Positions 1 through 8,264 of a stretch of DNA of 20,000 bases are shown here, piece after piece. The notes beneath the pieces were generated by a model. That model made no database searches, was not told the origin of the DNA, and saw nothing but the letters and a program-made list of their open reading frames with translations. This stretch comes from an uncultured virus (IMG/VR IMGVR_UViG_3300025736_000015) (lineage: Duplodnaviria; Heunggongvirae; Uroviricota; Caudoviricetes). Both the position numbers and the translations under genes were made by a program. Location of the stretch: the IMG/VR virus record IMGVR_UViG_3300025736_000015; one strand, given 5' to 3'. Each line of letters opens with the position of its first letter. The first letter of the stretch is position 1.

Positions 1-45
1 CAATTTAAACAAATGATAGATTATGTAAGAAAAGAGGAGGAATAA
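1..45 (+). CDS. 3' end of an upstream gene (partial; ...QFKQMIDYVRKEEE*)
   Basis: Open frame 1 from the window edge to TAA at 43-45; contains the GAGGAGG RBS of the next gene, consistent with operon packing. Confidence 0.55.
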   Translation, partial: QFKQMIDYVRKEEE

Positions 46-48
46 TAA

Positions 49-1347
49 ATGTTAGATGATTTTATTTTTGGAACTGCAACCTCTGCATATCAAATAGAGG
101 GAGCATGGAATCAGGATGGAAAAGTACCAAGTCTTTGGGATGAAATAAGCCATGGAAATAAAGTGTGGACGGTACAAAATAAGCATACTGGCGATATAGC
201 CTGCAATCATTACAATGAATATGAGTATGATGTAGAGATTATGAAACAGTTGGGGATACAGGCATATCGGTTTAGCATTAGCTGGAGTCGTATATGTACA
301 CAGGACTGCGTGTGTTCTAATTTGAAGGGGATAGAATTTTATAGGAAACTAGTAGCTAAGTTAAAAGAAGCAGGTATAGAACCTTTTGTGACTTTATATC
401 ATTGGGACCTTCCCAAATGGCTTGATGATATTGGTGGATGGAGCAATCCTAAAAGCATTGATTATTTCAAATGTTATGCTGAGACAATGTTTAATGCACT
501 TCCCGATGTAAAACATTGGATTACGTTTAATGAACCAGCTGTTTTTGTAAGTAATTTTTGGGGACATAGGAATAAGCAGGAGGCAACACGTAATGTACTT
601 CTTGCTCATGGTAAAACAGTCCAGCTGTTCAGAAAAAATAATGATGGGAAAATTGGCATCAGTCTTAATCTTATGCCTATTTATCCATATCACATAGACA
701 ATGAGCTAGATAAACAGTTTGCAAAAAATATTGATGATAATCATAACCGGATATGGCTTGACCCAATTTTTAAAGGTAAAATACCATCTTCATTAAAAAC
801 TGATATATTGACTTTTTCTAAAAAGGAACAAAAAATAGTTAGTACGCCTATTGATTTTATTGGTGTAAATTATTACACAGGCATTACTATCCGTCACAAC
901 GAATCCAAAAAATTAGGATATGAACAAGTATCTGGCCATTACGCTACAGATAATATGGGTGTAGAAATTAGACCGACTGGGCTTTATGATTTGTTAACAA
1001 TATTAAAAGAAGAATATAACAACCCAGAAATGTATATTACTGAGAATGGTTGTGCTCTTCCAGATGTTCTTGGACATGATGGTAGGGTGCATGATGAAAA
1101 AAGAATAAAATATATTCGTGAACATCTTAAAGCTTGTATTGTTTCTATTGATGATGATATAAATCTCAAGGGATATTTTTATTGGAGTTTTATGGATAAT
1201 TTTGAATGGCTTTATGGTTATAACAAAAAATTTGGTCTATTAAGTATGTTTTGGCCTAATCAAAGTCGAGTCTGCAAAGATAGTTTTTTCTGGTATAAAA
1301 AGATTATAAAAAATAAAGAATTTCGTAATGATGAATTAGGAGAATAA
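49..1347 (+). CDS. Glycoside hydrolase family 1 (beta-glucosidase-like)
   Basis: FIFGTATSAYQIEG N-terminal signature, YRFSISWSR, TLYHWDLP, acid/base TFNEP, nucleophile ITENG, WSFMDNFEW; GAGGAGG RBS at 34-40. Confidence 0.97.
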   Translation: MLDDFIFGTATSAYQIEGAWNQDGKVPSLWDEISHGNKVWTVQNKHTGDIACNHYNEYEYDVEIMKQLGIQAYRFSISWSRICTQDCVCSNLKGIEFYRKLVAKLKEAGIEPFVTLYHWDLPKWLDDIGGWSNPKSIDYFKCYAETMFNALPDVKHWITFNEPAVFVSNFWGHRNKQEATRNVLLAHGKTVQLFRKNNDGKIGISLNLMPIYPYHIDNELDKQFAKNIDDNHNRIWLDPIFKGKIPSSLKTDILTFSKKEQKIVSTPIDFIGVNYYTGITIRHNESKKLGYEQVSGHYATDNMGVEIRPTGLYDLLTILKEEYNNPEMYITENGCALPDVLGHDGRVHDEKRIKYIREHLKACIVSIDDDINLKGYFYWSFMDNFEWLYGYNKKFGLLSMFWPNQSRVCKDSFFWYKKIIKNKEFRNDELGE

Positions 1348-1352
1348 ACAAA

Positions 1353-1619
1353 ATGAAATTAACGAATAAAGAATTTATTAGGCTTCAGAAGGAAACGCAT
1401 CTGTTTGAGCATGGTTTTTATGATGAAGAAATAAAAATATGGTATTTTTCAAAAGCATATGAAAAAAAAGCAAGTGGATTTGGTGAACATCATGTGACGC
1501 CATTCGGTGCAGAACATGGTAGTGTGTTTTCTAAAAATGATAGACCACATATAAAAAGGCTATGGTTTAGAGAAAAATTTCCTGAGTTTTTTGAGGAGGA
1601 TAAACAAAATGAAACTTAG
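1353..1619 (+). CDS. Hypothetical protein (88 aa)
   Basis: AGGAG RBS upstream; tightly packed between neighbours; no recognisable motif. Confidence 0.7.
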   Translation: MKLTNKEFIRLQKETHLFEHGFYDEEIKIWYFSKAYEKKASGFGEHHVTPFGAEHGSVFSKNDRPHIKRLWFREKFPEFFEEDKQNET

Positions 1620-1851
1620 AAGCAAAGAAGTCATAATTAATGATGAGATAAATATTCCAAAAGATGCAATAATACATACAGAGAAAATTACATTATTTAA
1701 AGATTCCGCCAAGTATGATGCTCTCCGCATATATTATCTTGAAAAACAAGCTATGTGTATGAATTGTGGCCAACTTGTTGAAATAGTTGACCATAAACTA
1801 AAATCAGTTCCATGTCCAAATCCAAAATGTAAAAAGGAGATAGTTTTATGA
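1609..1851 (+). CDS. Small zinc-ribbon protein (80 aa)
   Basis: CMNC...CPNPKC C-terminal Cys pairs; GAGGAGG at 1593-1599 favours ATG 1609 over 1591; stop overlaps next start (ATGA). Confidence 0.75.
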   Translation: MKLRSKEVIINDEINIPKDAIIHTEKITLFKDSAKYDALRIYYLEKQAMCMNCGQLVEIVDHKLKSVPCPNPKCKKEIVL

Positions 1852-3293
1852 ACATATCAGTAGTAGGATTAGGAAAAATAGGAAGCTGTATACTTGCTAC
1901 ACTTGCATCAAAAGGATTCAAAGTAGTAGGAATAGACATAAACAAAGACGTAGTAAAAAAAATAAACAGTGGGGAAGCACCATATTATGAGCCAGGTCTA
2001 GACAAACTTCTTAAAAAATATGAAAAAAATATTTTTGCAACGACAAATCATGAAAGAATACTTGATACTGATTTAACAATTATTATGGTTCAGACACCAA
2101 GTCTTCCTGATGGTAGCTTTTCAACTGAATATGTTGAGAAAGCTGTTCTTGAAGTAGGACGAGTTATACCACATAGCAAGGACTATCATAATATCATCAT
2201 TACAAGTACTGTTCTACCAGGTATGATGGAGAATAAAATAAAACCATTACTTGAACAATGTACAAATAGAAAAGTAAGTCCTATTTTAGTAGATGTAGAT
2301 ATGGATATTCCTAATGGAAAAGGTGGATTAGTTTCAAAATCGGTAACTAAAAAATCTATAGGGCTATGCTATGTACCAGAATTTATTGCTCTTGGTTCAA
2401 TTATTGAAAATCTTCTTAATCCTGATTTTATAGTAATAGGTGAATCAGATAAAAAAGCAGGTGATATGGTGGAAGTAATGTACAGAAAATTACTTGGCGA
2501 ACCAGTAACAGATTCAATGGGGTCTGAAGTGCCAGGATTTATTGAGTGTAAAACACCTATTCATCGTATGTCCATTGTTAATGCAGAACTTGCAAAAATA
2601 GCATTAAATGTTTATATAACCATGAAAATAAGTTTTGCTAATACCATCGCAGAAATATGTGAACATATGCCTACAGGCAATGCAGAAGATGTATTGAATG
2701 CGATAGGGTCAGATACACGTATAGGGACAAAGTTTTTACATCCAGGTCTTAGTTATGGCGGAACCTGTTTCCCACGTGACAACAAGGCATTTAAAGTTAT
2801 TGCAGATAAGTATAAATCACAGGATTTCCTTTCACAAATGGCGGAGGTTGTTAACATCCAACAAATAAATAGAATGGTTACAATAATACTGCAAGCCCTT
2901 TCATATGCAGGTACAAATAAATTATCAGTTTTAGGTCTTACATATAAACCAGATACAAATTTAACAGTGGAATCAGCATCATTAAAAATAATAGAGAAAC
3001 TAAGTGAAGAAGGAATTTATATAGATGTTTATGACCCAGCAATAAAACAGGGCTTTGATGATTTGCCATTGACTTCAAATGTGACTTTTTGTGATTCAGT
3101 AGAAAAATGTATATTAGATAAAAGTGTTGTATTTATAGCAACACCTTGGAATGAATTTAAAGAACTCAAAGCAGAGTTTTTTATTCAATATATGAAAGAA
3201 AAACCAACAATAGTAGATGGATGGGGAATACAACGACAACTTAGAAACCATCCTGAAATAATCTACCAACAAATAGGAGTAAATCGTATATGA
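1848..3293 (+). CDS. UDP-glucose/GDP-mannose dehydrogenase family (NDP-sugar 6-dehydrogenase)
   Basis: Rossmann VVGLGKIG, VQTP, STVLPG, PEF, AELAK...N, catalytic GGTCFPRD, LGLTYKPDT, YDP; substrate not resolvable from sequence. Confidence 0.95.
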   Translation: MNISVVGLGKIGSCILATLASKGFKVVGIDINKDVVKKINSGEAPYYEPGLDKLLKKYEKNIFATTNHERILDTDLTIIMVQTPSLPDGSFSTEYVEKAVLEVGRVIPHSKDYHNIIITSTVLPGMMENKIKPLLEQCTNRKVSPILVDVDMDIPNGKGGLVSKSVTKKSIGLCYVPEFIALGSIIENLLNPDFIVIGESDKKAGDMVEVMYRKLLGEPVTDSMGSEVPGFIECKTPIHRMSIVNAELAKIALNVYITMKISFANTIAEICEHMPTGNAEDVLNAIGSDTRIGTKFLHPGLSYGGTCFPRDNKAFKVIADKYKSQDFLSQMAEVVNIQQINRMVTIILQALSYAGTNKLSVLGLTYKPDTNLTVESASLKIIEKLSEEGIYIDVYDPAIKQGFDDLPLTSNVTFCDSVEKCILDKSVVFIATPWNEFKELKAEFFIQYMKEKPTIVDGWGIQRQLRNHPEIIYQQIGVNRI

Positions 3294-4273
3294 AAGTACT
3301 GATAACAGGGATAACAGGCCAAGATGGTTCATATCTAGCTGAATTATTGTTTAAAAAAGGATATGAGGTTTATGGTATTGTCAGAAGAGGAAGCACCATA
3401 ATGACTTCACGAATAGACCATCTTATTTTTCCAGAAGAAAAAATACATGTAGAATTTGGTGACCTTTCAGATACTAATTCAATAGTGAAACTTCTCAAAG
3501 AAATAGAGCCAGATGAAATTTATAATATGGGTAGCATGAGCCAGGTGAGAGTAAGTTTTGATATACCTGAATACACCGGACAAGTAACAGGATTAGGTGT
3601 AACAAGGATACTTGAGGCATTAAGAACACTAAACATGAAAAAAACAAGATTTTATCAAGCAAGCAGTAGCGAAATGTATGGTATTTCTCCAGCACCACAG
3701 AATGAAAATACACCTTTCAAACCAGTATCGCCATATGGATGTGCAAAACTCTATGGTTATCATATGACACAAATCTATAGAACGGGTTATGGCATGTTTG
3801 CTTGTAATGGTATATTATTTAATCATGAAAGCCCAAGACGTGGAGAGACATTTGTAACAAAAAAAATAATACGTGGTGCTATCAGAATTAAGCTTGGTTT
3901 GCAACAGGAATTAAAACTTGGAAATCTTAATTCTATGAGGGATTGGGGATTTGCAGGTGATTATATGGATGCAATCTATAAAATAATGCATCATGATTAT
4001 CCTGATGATTTTGTTGTGGCAACAGAAGATTATCATTCAATACAAGAATTTCTTACAATAGTTTTTGGTAAATTGAATATAGATGTAAATGAGCACGTAA
4101 AAATTAATAGTATATATTATAGACCAAATGAAGTGCCAGAGCTTCGTGGAGATGCATCAAAAATACGAGATGTATTGGGATGGAAACCAAAGGTTAATTT
4201 CAAACAACTAATAGATATGATGATAGATAGTGTTATGAAAGAAGAAAAAAACAACCTAAAACTTTTAGAATAA
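3290..4273 (+). CDS. gmd: GDP-mannose 4,6-dehydratase
   Basis: LITGITGQDGSYLAE, SQVRVSF, FYQASSSEMYG, YGCAK (YxxxK), GILFNHESPRRGETFVTKKI, RDWG. Confidence 0.96.
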   Translation: MKVLITGITGQDGSYLAELLFKKGYEVYGIVRRGSTIMTSRIDHLIFPEEKIHVEFGDLSDTNSIVKLLKEIEPDEIYNMGSMSQVRVSFDIPEYTGQVTGLGVTRILEALRTLNMKKTRFYQASSSEMYGISPAPQNENTPFKPVSPYGCAKLYGYHMTQIYRTGYGMFACNGILFNHESPRRGETFVTKKIIRGAIRIKLGLQQELKLGNLNSMRDWGFAGDYMDAIYKIMHHDYPDDFVVATEDYHSIQEFLTIVFGKLNIDVNEHVKINSIYYRPNEVPELRGDASKIRDVLGWKPKVNFKQLIDMMIDSVMKEEKNNLKLLE

Positions 4274-4275
4274 AG

Positions 4276-4301
4276 TTTATAAGCAAACTGTCAATATGTC
4301 A
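4276..4301 (+). promoter_or_regulatory. Archaeal-type TATA box followed by TGTCA-ATA-TGTCA motif
   Basis: TTTATAAG at 4276-4283; TGTCA at 4289-4293 and 4297-4301; ATG at 4302 is 26 nt from the TATA start. Confidence 0.6.
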
Positions 4302-4742
4302 ATGGATGTTATGTTGAAATATAAAGTTGTTAATGAAGATGAAAGAGGAGAGATAAGCGTTCTTTTTGAACCTGAAGATGAAGACAAGAAAGACATAGCT
4401 ATCCTCCGTACAAACAGAGGCTTTGCCAGGGGCGGATGCGTTCACAATATTAATAATGAAATATGCATTGTTATAAAAGGAATAATACAATATTATACTG
4501 ATACAGACTTGGATAAACCGTTCTCCTCAACCTTTCTGAAACATAAATTAGAAAAAGGGGATAAAATATTAGTTGAAAAAAATACAGTACATTACTACAT
4601 TTCATTAACTGATTCAATTGTTATAGAATGGGGTGCGACTCTTCCAGAGAAACTTGAAAAACATCCTGAGACCAGGAAAATTGTTGAGATGATAAATAAG
4701 AAGATGGAGGAAAAAAAGCATGAAAAAAATAAATCAACTTGA
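4296..4742 (+). CDS. Cupin-fold protein, probably a nucleotide-sugar isomerase/epimerase (RmlC/FdtA-like); start may be 4302 or 4311
   Basis: DERGEI, RGGCVH, E-x-C-I-V-I-K-G, L-x-K-G-D...TVHY cupin motifs; lies between gmd and an aminotransferase. Confidence 0.7.
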   Translation: MSMDVMLKYKVVNEDERGEISVLFEPEDEDKKDIAILRTNRGFARGGCVHNINNEICIVIKGIIQYYTDTDLDKPFSSTFLKHKLEKGDKILVEKNTVHYYISLTDSIVIEWGATLPEKLEKHPETRKIVEMINKKMEEKKHEKNKST

Positions 4743-5805
4743 GCCATATATAGGCGAAGAAGAATTAGAAAATCTTACAGAAGCAATTAACAATAAATGG
4801 ATAACGGAAGGCCCGTTTAGTAAGGAATTTATCCAAAAATTTAAAGGAATAACAGGTGCAAAACATGTGTTGCTTGTTCCTAATGGCACAATGGCTATTT
4901 ATCTAAGTCTTGTAGGCTTGGATTTGCAAGCTAAAGATGAAGTATTGATTCCAGATTTTACATTTAATGCTTCTGCAAGTCCGGTAAGGTTTCTTAATGC
5001 CAAGCCTGTTTTTGTAGATGTAAATGAAGATGATTTCAATATAAACATCAGTAAAATAGAGAAAGCTATCACGGTTCGTACAAAAATCATAATGCCCGTT
5101 CATATTTATGGCCAATGTTGTGATATGGACCCAATAATGGAATTAGCTGAAAAATATGACCTGCGGGTTCTTGAAGATGCAGCTGAATCATTTGGTGCAT
5201 TCTACAAAGGTAAACATTCAGGAACAATAGGGGACATTGGAGTTTTTAGTTTTTATGCTGATAAAACAATAACACTTGGCGAGGGTGGGGCTATAGTTAC
5301 AAATGATGATGACCTTGAATTGAAATTACGGATTATGCGTAATTTTGGACGTGAAAAAAAAGGGACATTTAAACATCCGCATCAAGGGATGAATTTTAAG
5401 ATAACTGACCTTCAGTGTGCAGTTGGTTGTGCTCAGCTTGATAAATTTGATGAGATACACAACAAAAAGATTGAGAATTTCGCTCTTTATAAAAAATTTC
5501 TAAAGGATGTAGATGTTACATTTATAAGAGAAAATCCTTTTTCTACTTTTCTTCCATTTCGTGTGCCAATACGTGTTAAAGATAAGAAAAGAGTAATCAA
5601 ACATCTTGAAGATAATAGTGTAGAAACTCGTGAAATGTTTTATCCATTGCATCGTCAGCCGTGTTGGGAATATCTTGAATATAAAAAAGATGATTTTCCA
5701 GTTGCTAACAAGATTTTTAATGAAGGAATATGTTTACCAGTCTATCCTGGTCTTAAACCTGATGAGATTGAATATATCTGCGATAAAATAAAAGAGGCAG
5801 TATAA
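4720..5805 (+). CDS. DegT/DnrJ/EryC1/StrS PLP-dependent sugar aminotransferase (perosamine synthase-like)
   Basis: NGTMA, PVHIYG, EDAAESFGA, FSFYADKTITLGEGG (PLP Lys), GMNFKITDLQCAVG, GICLP. Confidence 0.95.
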   Translation: MKKINQLEPYIGEEELENLTEAINNKWITEGPFSKEFIQKFKGITGAKHVLLVPNGTMAIYLSLVGLDLQAKDEVLIPDFTFNASASPVRFLNAKPVFVDVNEDDFNINISKIEKAITVRTKIIMPVHIYGQCCDMDPIMELAEKYDLRVLEDAAESFGAFYKGKHSGTIGDIGVFSFYADKTITLGEGGAIVTNDDDLELKLRIMRNFGREKKGTFKHPHQGMNFKITDLQCAVGCAQLDKFDEIHNKKIENFALYKKFLKDVDVTFIRENPFSTFLPFRVPIRVKDKKRVIKHLEDNSVETREMFYPLHRQPCWEYLEYKKDDFPVANKIFNEGICLPVYPGLKPDEIEYICDKIKEAV

Positions 5806-5951
5806 TGAAGATAGATGGGAGGGAAGTAACTGGATTTGCAGCCTATGGCCCAGATTCAAAAGAATTTGCAGACCCAACGGATGAGTATGATTGTATTATT
5901 GATAAATGGATTGCAGAAGGCAAAATGAGAGGAGAATATCAAAGATTGTGA
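5805..5951 (+). CDS. Small hypothetical protein (48 aa, MKIDGREVTGFAAYGPDSKEFADPTDEYDCIIDKWIAEGKMRGEYQRL)
   Basis: Not in the ORF track; ATG overlaps the upstream stop (TAATG) with GAGG RBS; fills the gap exactly. Confidence 0.65.
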   Translation: MKIDGREVTGFAAYGPDSKEFADPTDEYDCIIDKWIAEGKMRGEYQRL

Positions 5952-5958
5952 TTGACAG

Positions 5959-6180
5959 ATGAAATTTGAAATTAAACTATATCTTGGAAGTAAAAAAGTA
6001 TGCGAAGGGATAATTGATGCTGGGATGATGGATATTCCAGGACCCAAAGGCAATACAGGTACACAGATAGGAGAGTTTACAGTGAAATGGAAAATGCTAG
6101 ATACCAAAGAAAACAAGAAAAAACAAAAAGAATTCATCAAGCAATATCCCACGCCAGAATCATTTTATGGAGGCAATTGA
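5959..6180 (+). CDS. Hypothetical protein (73 aa)
   Basis: Starts 7 nt after the previous stop; codon style matches neighbours. Confidence 0.7.
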   Translation: MKFEIKLYLGSKKVCEGIIDAGMMDIPGPKGNTGTQIGEFTVKWKMLDTKENKKKQKEFIKQYPTPESFYGGN

Positions 6181-6288
6181 TTGAGACGCAGAAGACAAAT
6201 ATCAGAAAAAGAAGCATATATAGTGGCAATAGTTTTTGTTGTTACAGTATCTTGCTGGGCTATACTTGCATGGTGTGGTAAACTATGA
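6181..6288 (+). CDS. Small membrane peptide (35 aa, MRRRRQISEKEAYIVAIVFVVTVSCWAILAWCGKL)
   Basis: Not in the ORF track; TTG start immediately after previous TGA, GGAGG at 6169-6173, stop overlaps next start (ATGA); basic N-terminus plus one hydrophobic helix. Confidence 0.6.
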   Translation: MRRRRQISEKEAYIVAIVFVVTVSCWAILAWCGKL

Positions 6289-6836
6289 TTAAGCTTCATC
6301 TTGGTTGTGGAAAAAAACATCTATATGATTTTATACATATAGATATTCAGGATATGGGCGAAGAAGAATACATACTTGATTATGAAAAAGACGTAACTGA
6401 TTTAGGAGGATTATACGAAGACAAGTCAGTTGATGAAATTTATGCTAGTCATGTTTTAGACCATCTCTCACGAAATACGGAACTAGACAAGGCATTGTCT
6501 GAGTGGTATAGAGTTTTGAAGCCAGGAGGCATCCTACGTGTTGCTGTGAGTGATTTTGGTAAAGTAGTCGATATGTACAATGAAGGTCTTGACTTAGAAC
6601 GACTTTGGGGACATATTGTTGGAGGGCATAAGAAACAATATGACAAGCACGGATGCGTATTTGATTACAAATTATTGAAACGTTATCTTGAAAAACATGG
6701 TTTTAAAGACATTAAACGATATAGATGGCAGGATTTTCTTCCAGATAGTTTCGATGATTTATCCAGAGCATATATCCCTCATTTAGATTTTGAAAATGGA
6801 ATATTAATGAGTCTAAACGTGGAGGCAACCAAATAG
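6285..6836 (+). CDS. Class I SAM-dependent methyltransferase (type 11-like, glycan-cluster type)
   Basis: KLHLGCG motif I, SVDEIYASHVLDH, RVLKPGG. Confidence 0.9.
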   Translation: MIKLHLGCGKKHLYDFIHIDIQDMGEEEYILDYEKDVTDLGGLYEDKSVDEIYASHVLDHLSRNTELDKALSEWYRVLKPGGILRVAVSDFGKVVDMYNEGLDLERLWGHIVGGHKKQYDKHGCVFDYKLLKRYLEKHGFKDIKRYRWQDFLPDSFDDLSRAYIPHLDFENGILMSLNVEATK

Positions 6837-8264
6837 ATGTTTACTATTTTCACAATCTGTGCACCATTTAAAGAAAAAGGATTACTACAAAGAAATGCCA
6901 TAAAAAGCTGGCTTAATCTAGAACCAAAACCAGAAATATTTATAATGGGTGGCAAAGAACAAGGAATAAAAGAAATAGCAGAAGAGTTTGATTTAAAAGT
7001 ATTAGAATGTGAAGTTAATGAAGATGGCGTTCCATTAACAAACTCAATGTTTCAAACAGCACAAAAACATGCAAAAAATGATATACTCTGCTTTATAAAT
7101 AGCGATATACTTCTCTATCAAAATTTCATAGAAGGCATATATCTTATAAAAAAACAACAGTTCAAAGAATATGTAGCAGTTGGACAAAGACATGATGTAA
7201 ATGTAGACTATGAAGTAACATCAGAGATGCTTGAAAATTTTTATACAATTGCGTCAAAAGGAAAAATGCATGGTGATGGAGCAACAGATTACTTTATTTT
7301 TCCTAAAACGTTTGATTGGTCACATATGCCACCATTTGACTCAGTTAGAATAGCATGGGATACATGGATATGTTTAGATACCAAAAAACGTAAACTACCT
7401 CTTATTGATTGTACAAACATTATAAAAATAGTTCATCAAAACCATGAAAGACCATGGGCAAAAGATATGAATGTTATTGGTTCAGAGAATCAAAAGAAAA
7501 ATAATATGAATGTATTTCTAGCTGGAAAAGACTACCATGATGCAAAATATAAAGGACTAAAAAAAGAAGCAACACACGTACTTACAAAACTGCATATAAG
7601 CGATAAAATAATAAAAACACGTGAGTTTTTTAAAGATGCTTGGGCGTATCAAGACATAAAAAACATGGTGAAGTTAGAACAACCAATAATAGTAGATGGT
7701 GGGGCATGTGTTGGTGATACAGTAGACATTTTTAAACAAGCATATCCAAAATCAACAATTTATGCATTTGAAGCAGTTATGGGCCAAATGGTAAAAGGTA
7801 GGTCATTAAATGATATTAGCGTAGGGCACAAAGCCATAAATTGGACAAATATTCGTGTGATACCATTTGCTCTAGGAGAAAAAAACAAGTTATCCACAGT
7901 TTATATAACTGATAATCCTGAAAATTCATCATTGTTAAAACCAATTACCAAAAAAATATTTAAAACTGATAAAGTAATCATCCTTTCACTTGATGAATGG
8001 ACAAAAGCAGAAGGCATAACAAAAATAGATATAGTTAAATTAGACATCCAAGGAAACGAACTAAATGCACTCAAAGGAATGGAACATTTTTTGATTACAA
8101 CAATCAAAGCAATACTTCTTGAAGTTAATTTCCAGAAACAATACGAAAACGTTCCAACATTCTATGATATAGGAGAATATCTAAATCGATATGGCTTCAA
8201 ACTATTCCAAGTATACGAGCCATCATATAAACAAGTTAATGCTCTTTTTATAAAAGATATTTAG
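6837..8264 (+). CDS. Fusion: N-terminal glycosyltransferase(GT-A)-like domain + C-terminal FkbM-family methyltransferase
   Basis: N-half QRNAIKSW, GVP, FINSDIL, DYFIF, VHQNH; C-half IVDGGACVG, YAFEA, ALG, NSSLL, DIVKLDIQGNELNALKG. Confidence 0.8.
   Translation: MFTIFTICAPFKEKGLLQRNAIKSWLNLEPKPEIFIMGGKEQGIKEIAEEFDLKVLECEVNEDGVPLTNSMFQTAQKHAKNDILCFINSDILLYQNFIEGIYLIKKQQFKEYVAVGQRHDVNVDYEVTSEMLENFYTIASKGKMHGDGATDYFIFPKTFDWSHMPPFDSVRIAWDTWICLDTKKRKLPLIDCTNIIKIVHQNHERPWAKDMNVIGSENQKKNNMNVFLAGKDYHDAKYKGLKKEATHVLTKLHISDKIIKTREFFKDAWAYQDIKNMVKLEQPIIVDGGACVGDTVDIFKQAYPKSTIYAFEAVMGQMVKGRSLNDISVGHKAINWTNIRVIPFALGEKNKLSTVYITDNPENSSLLKPITKKIFKTDKVIILSLDEWTKAEGITKIDIVKLDIQGNELNALKGMEHFLITTIKAILLEVNFQKQYENVPTFYDIGEYLNRYGFKLFQVYEPSYKQVNALFIKDI

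Noticed and set aside
6087..6281. 64-aa ORF in the track
   Set aside because: Overlaps the 5959-6180 gene and the better-supported 6181-6288 ORF, which has an RBS and coupled junctions
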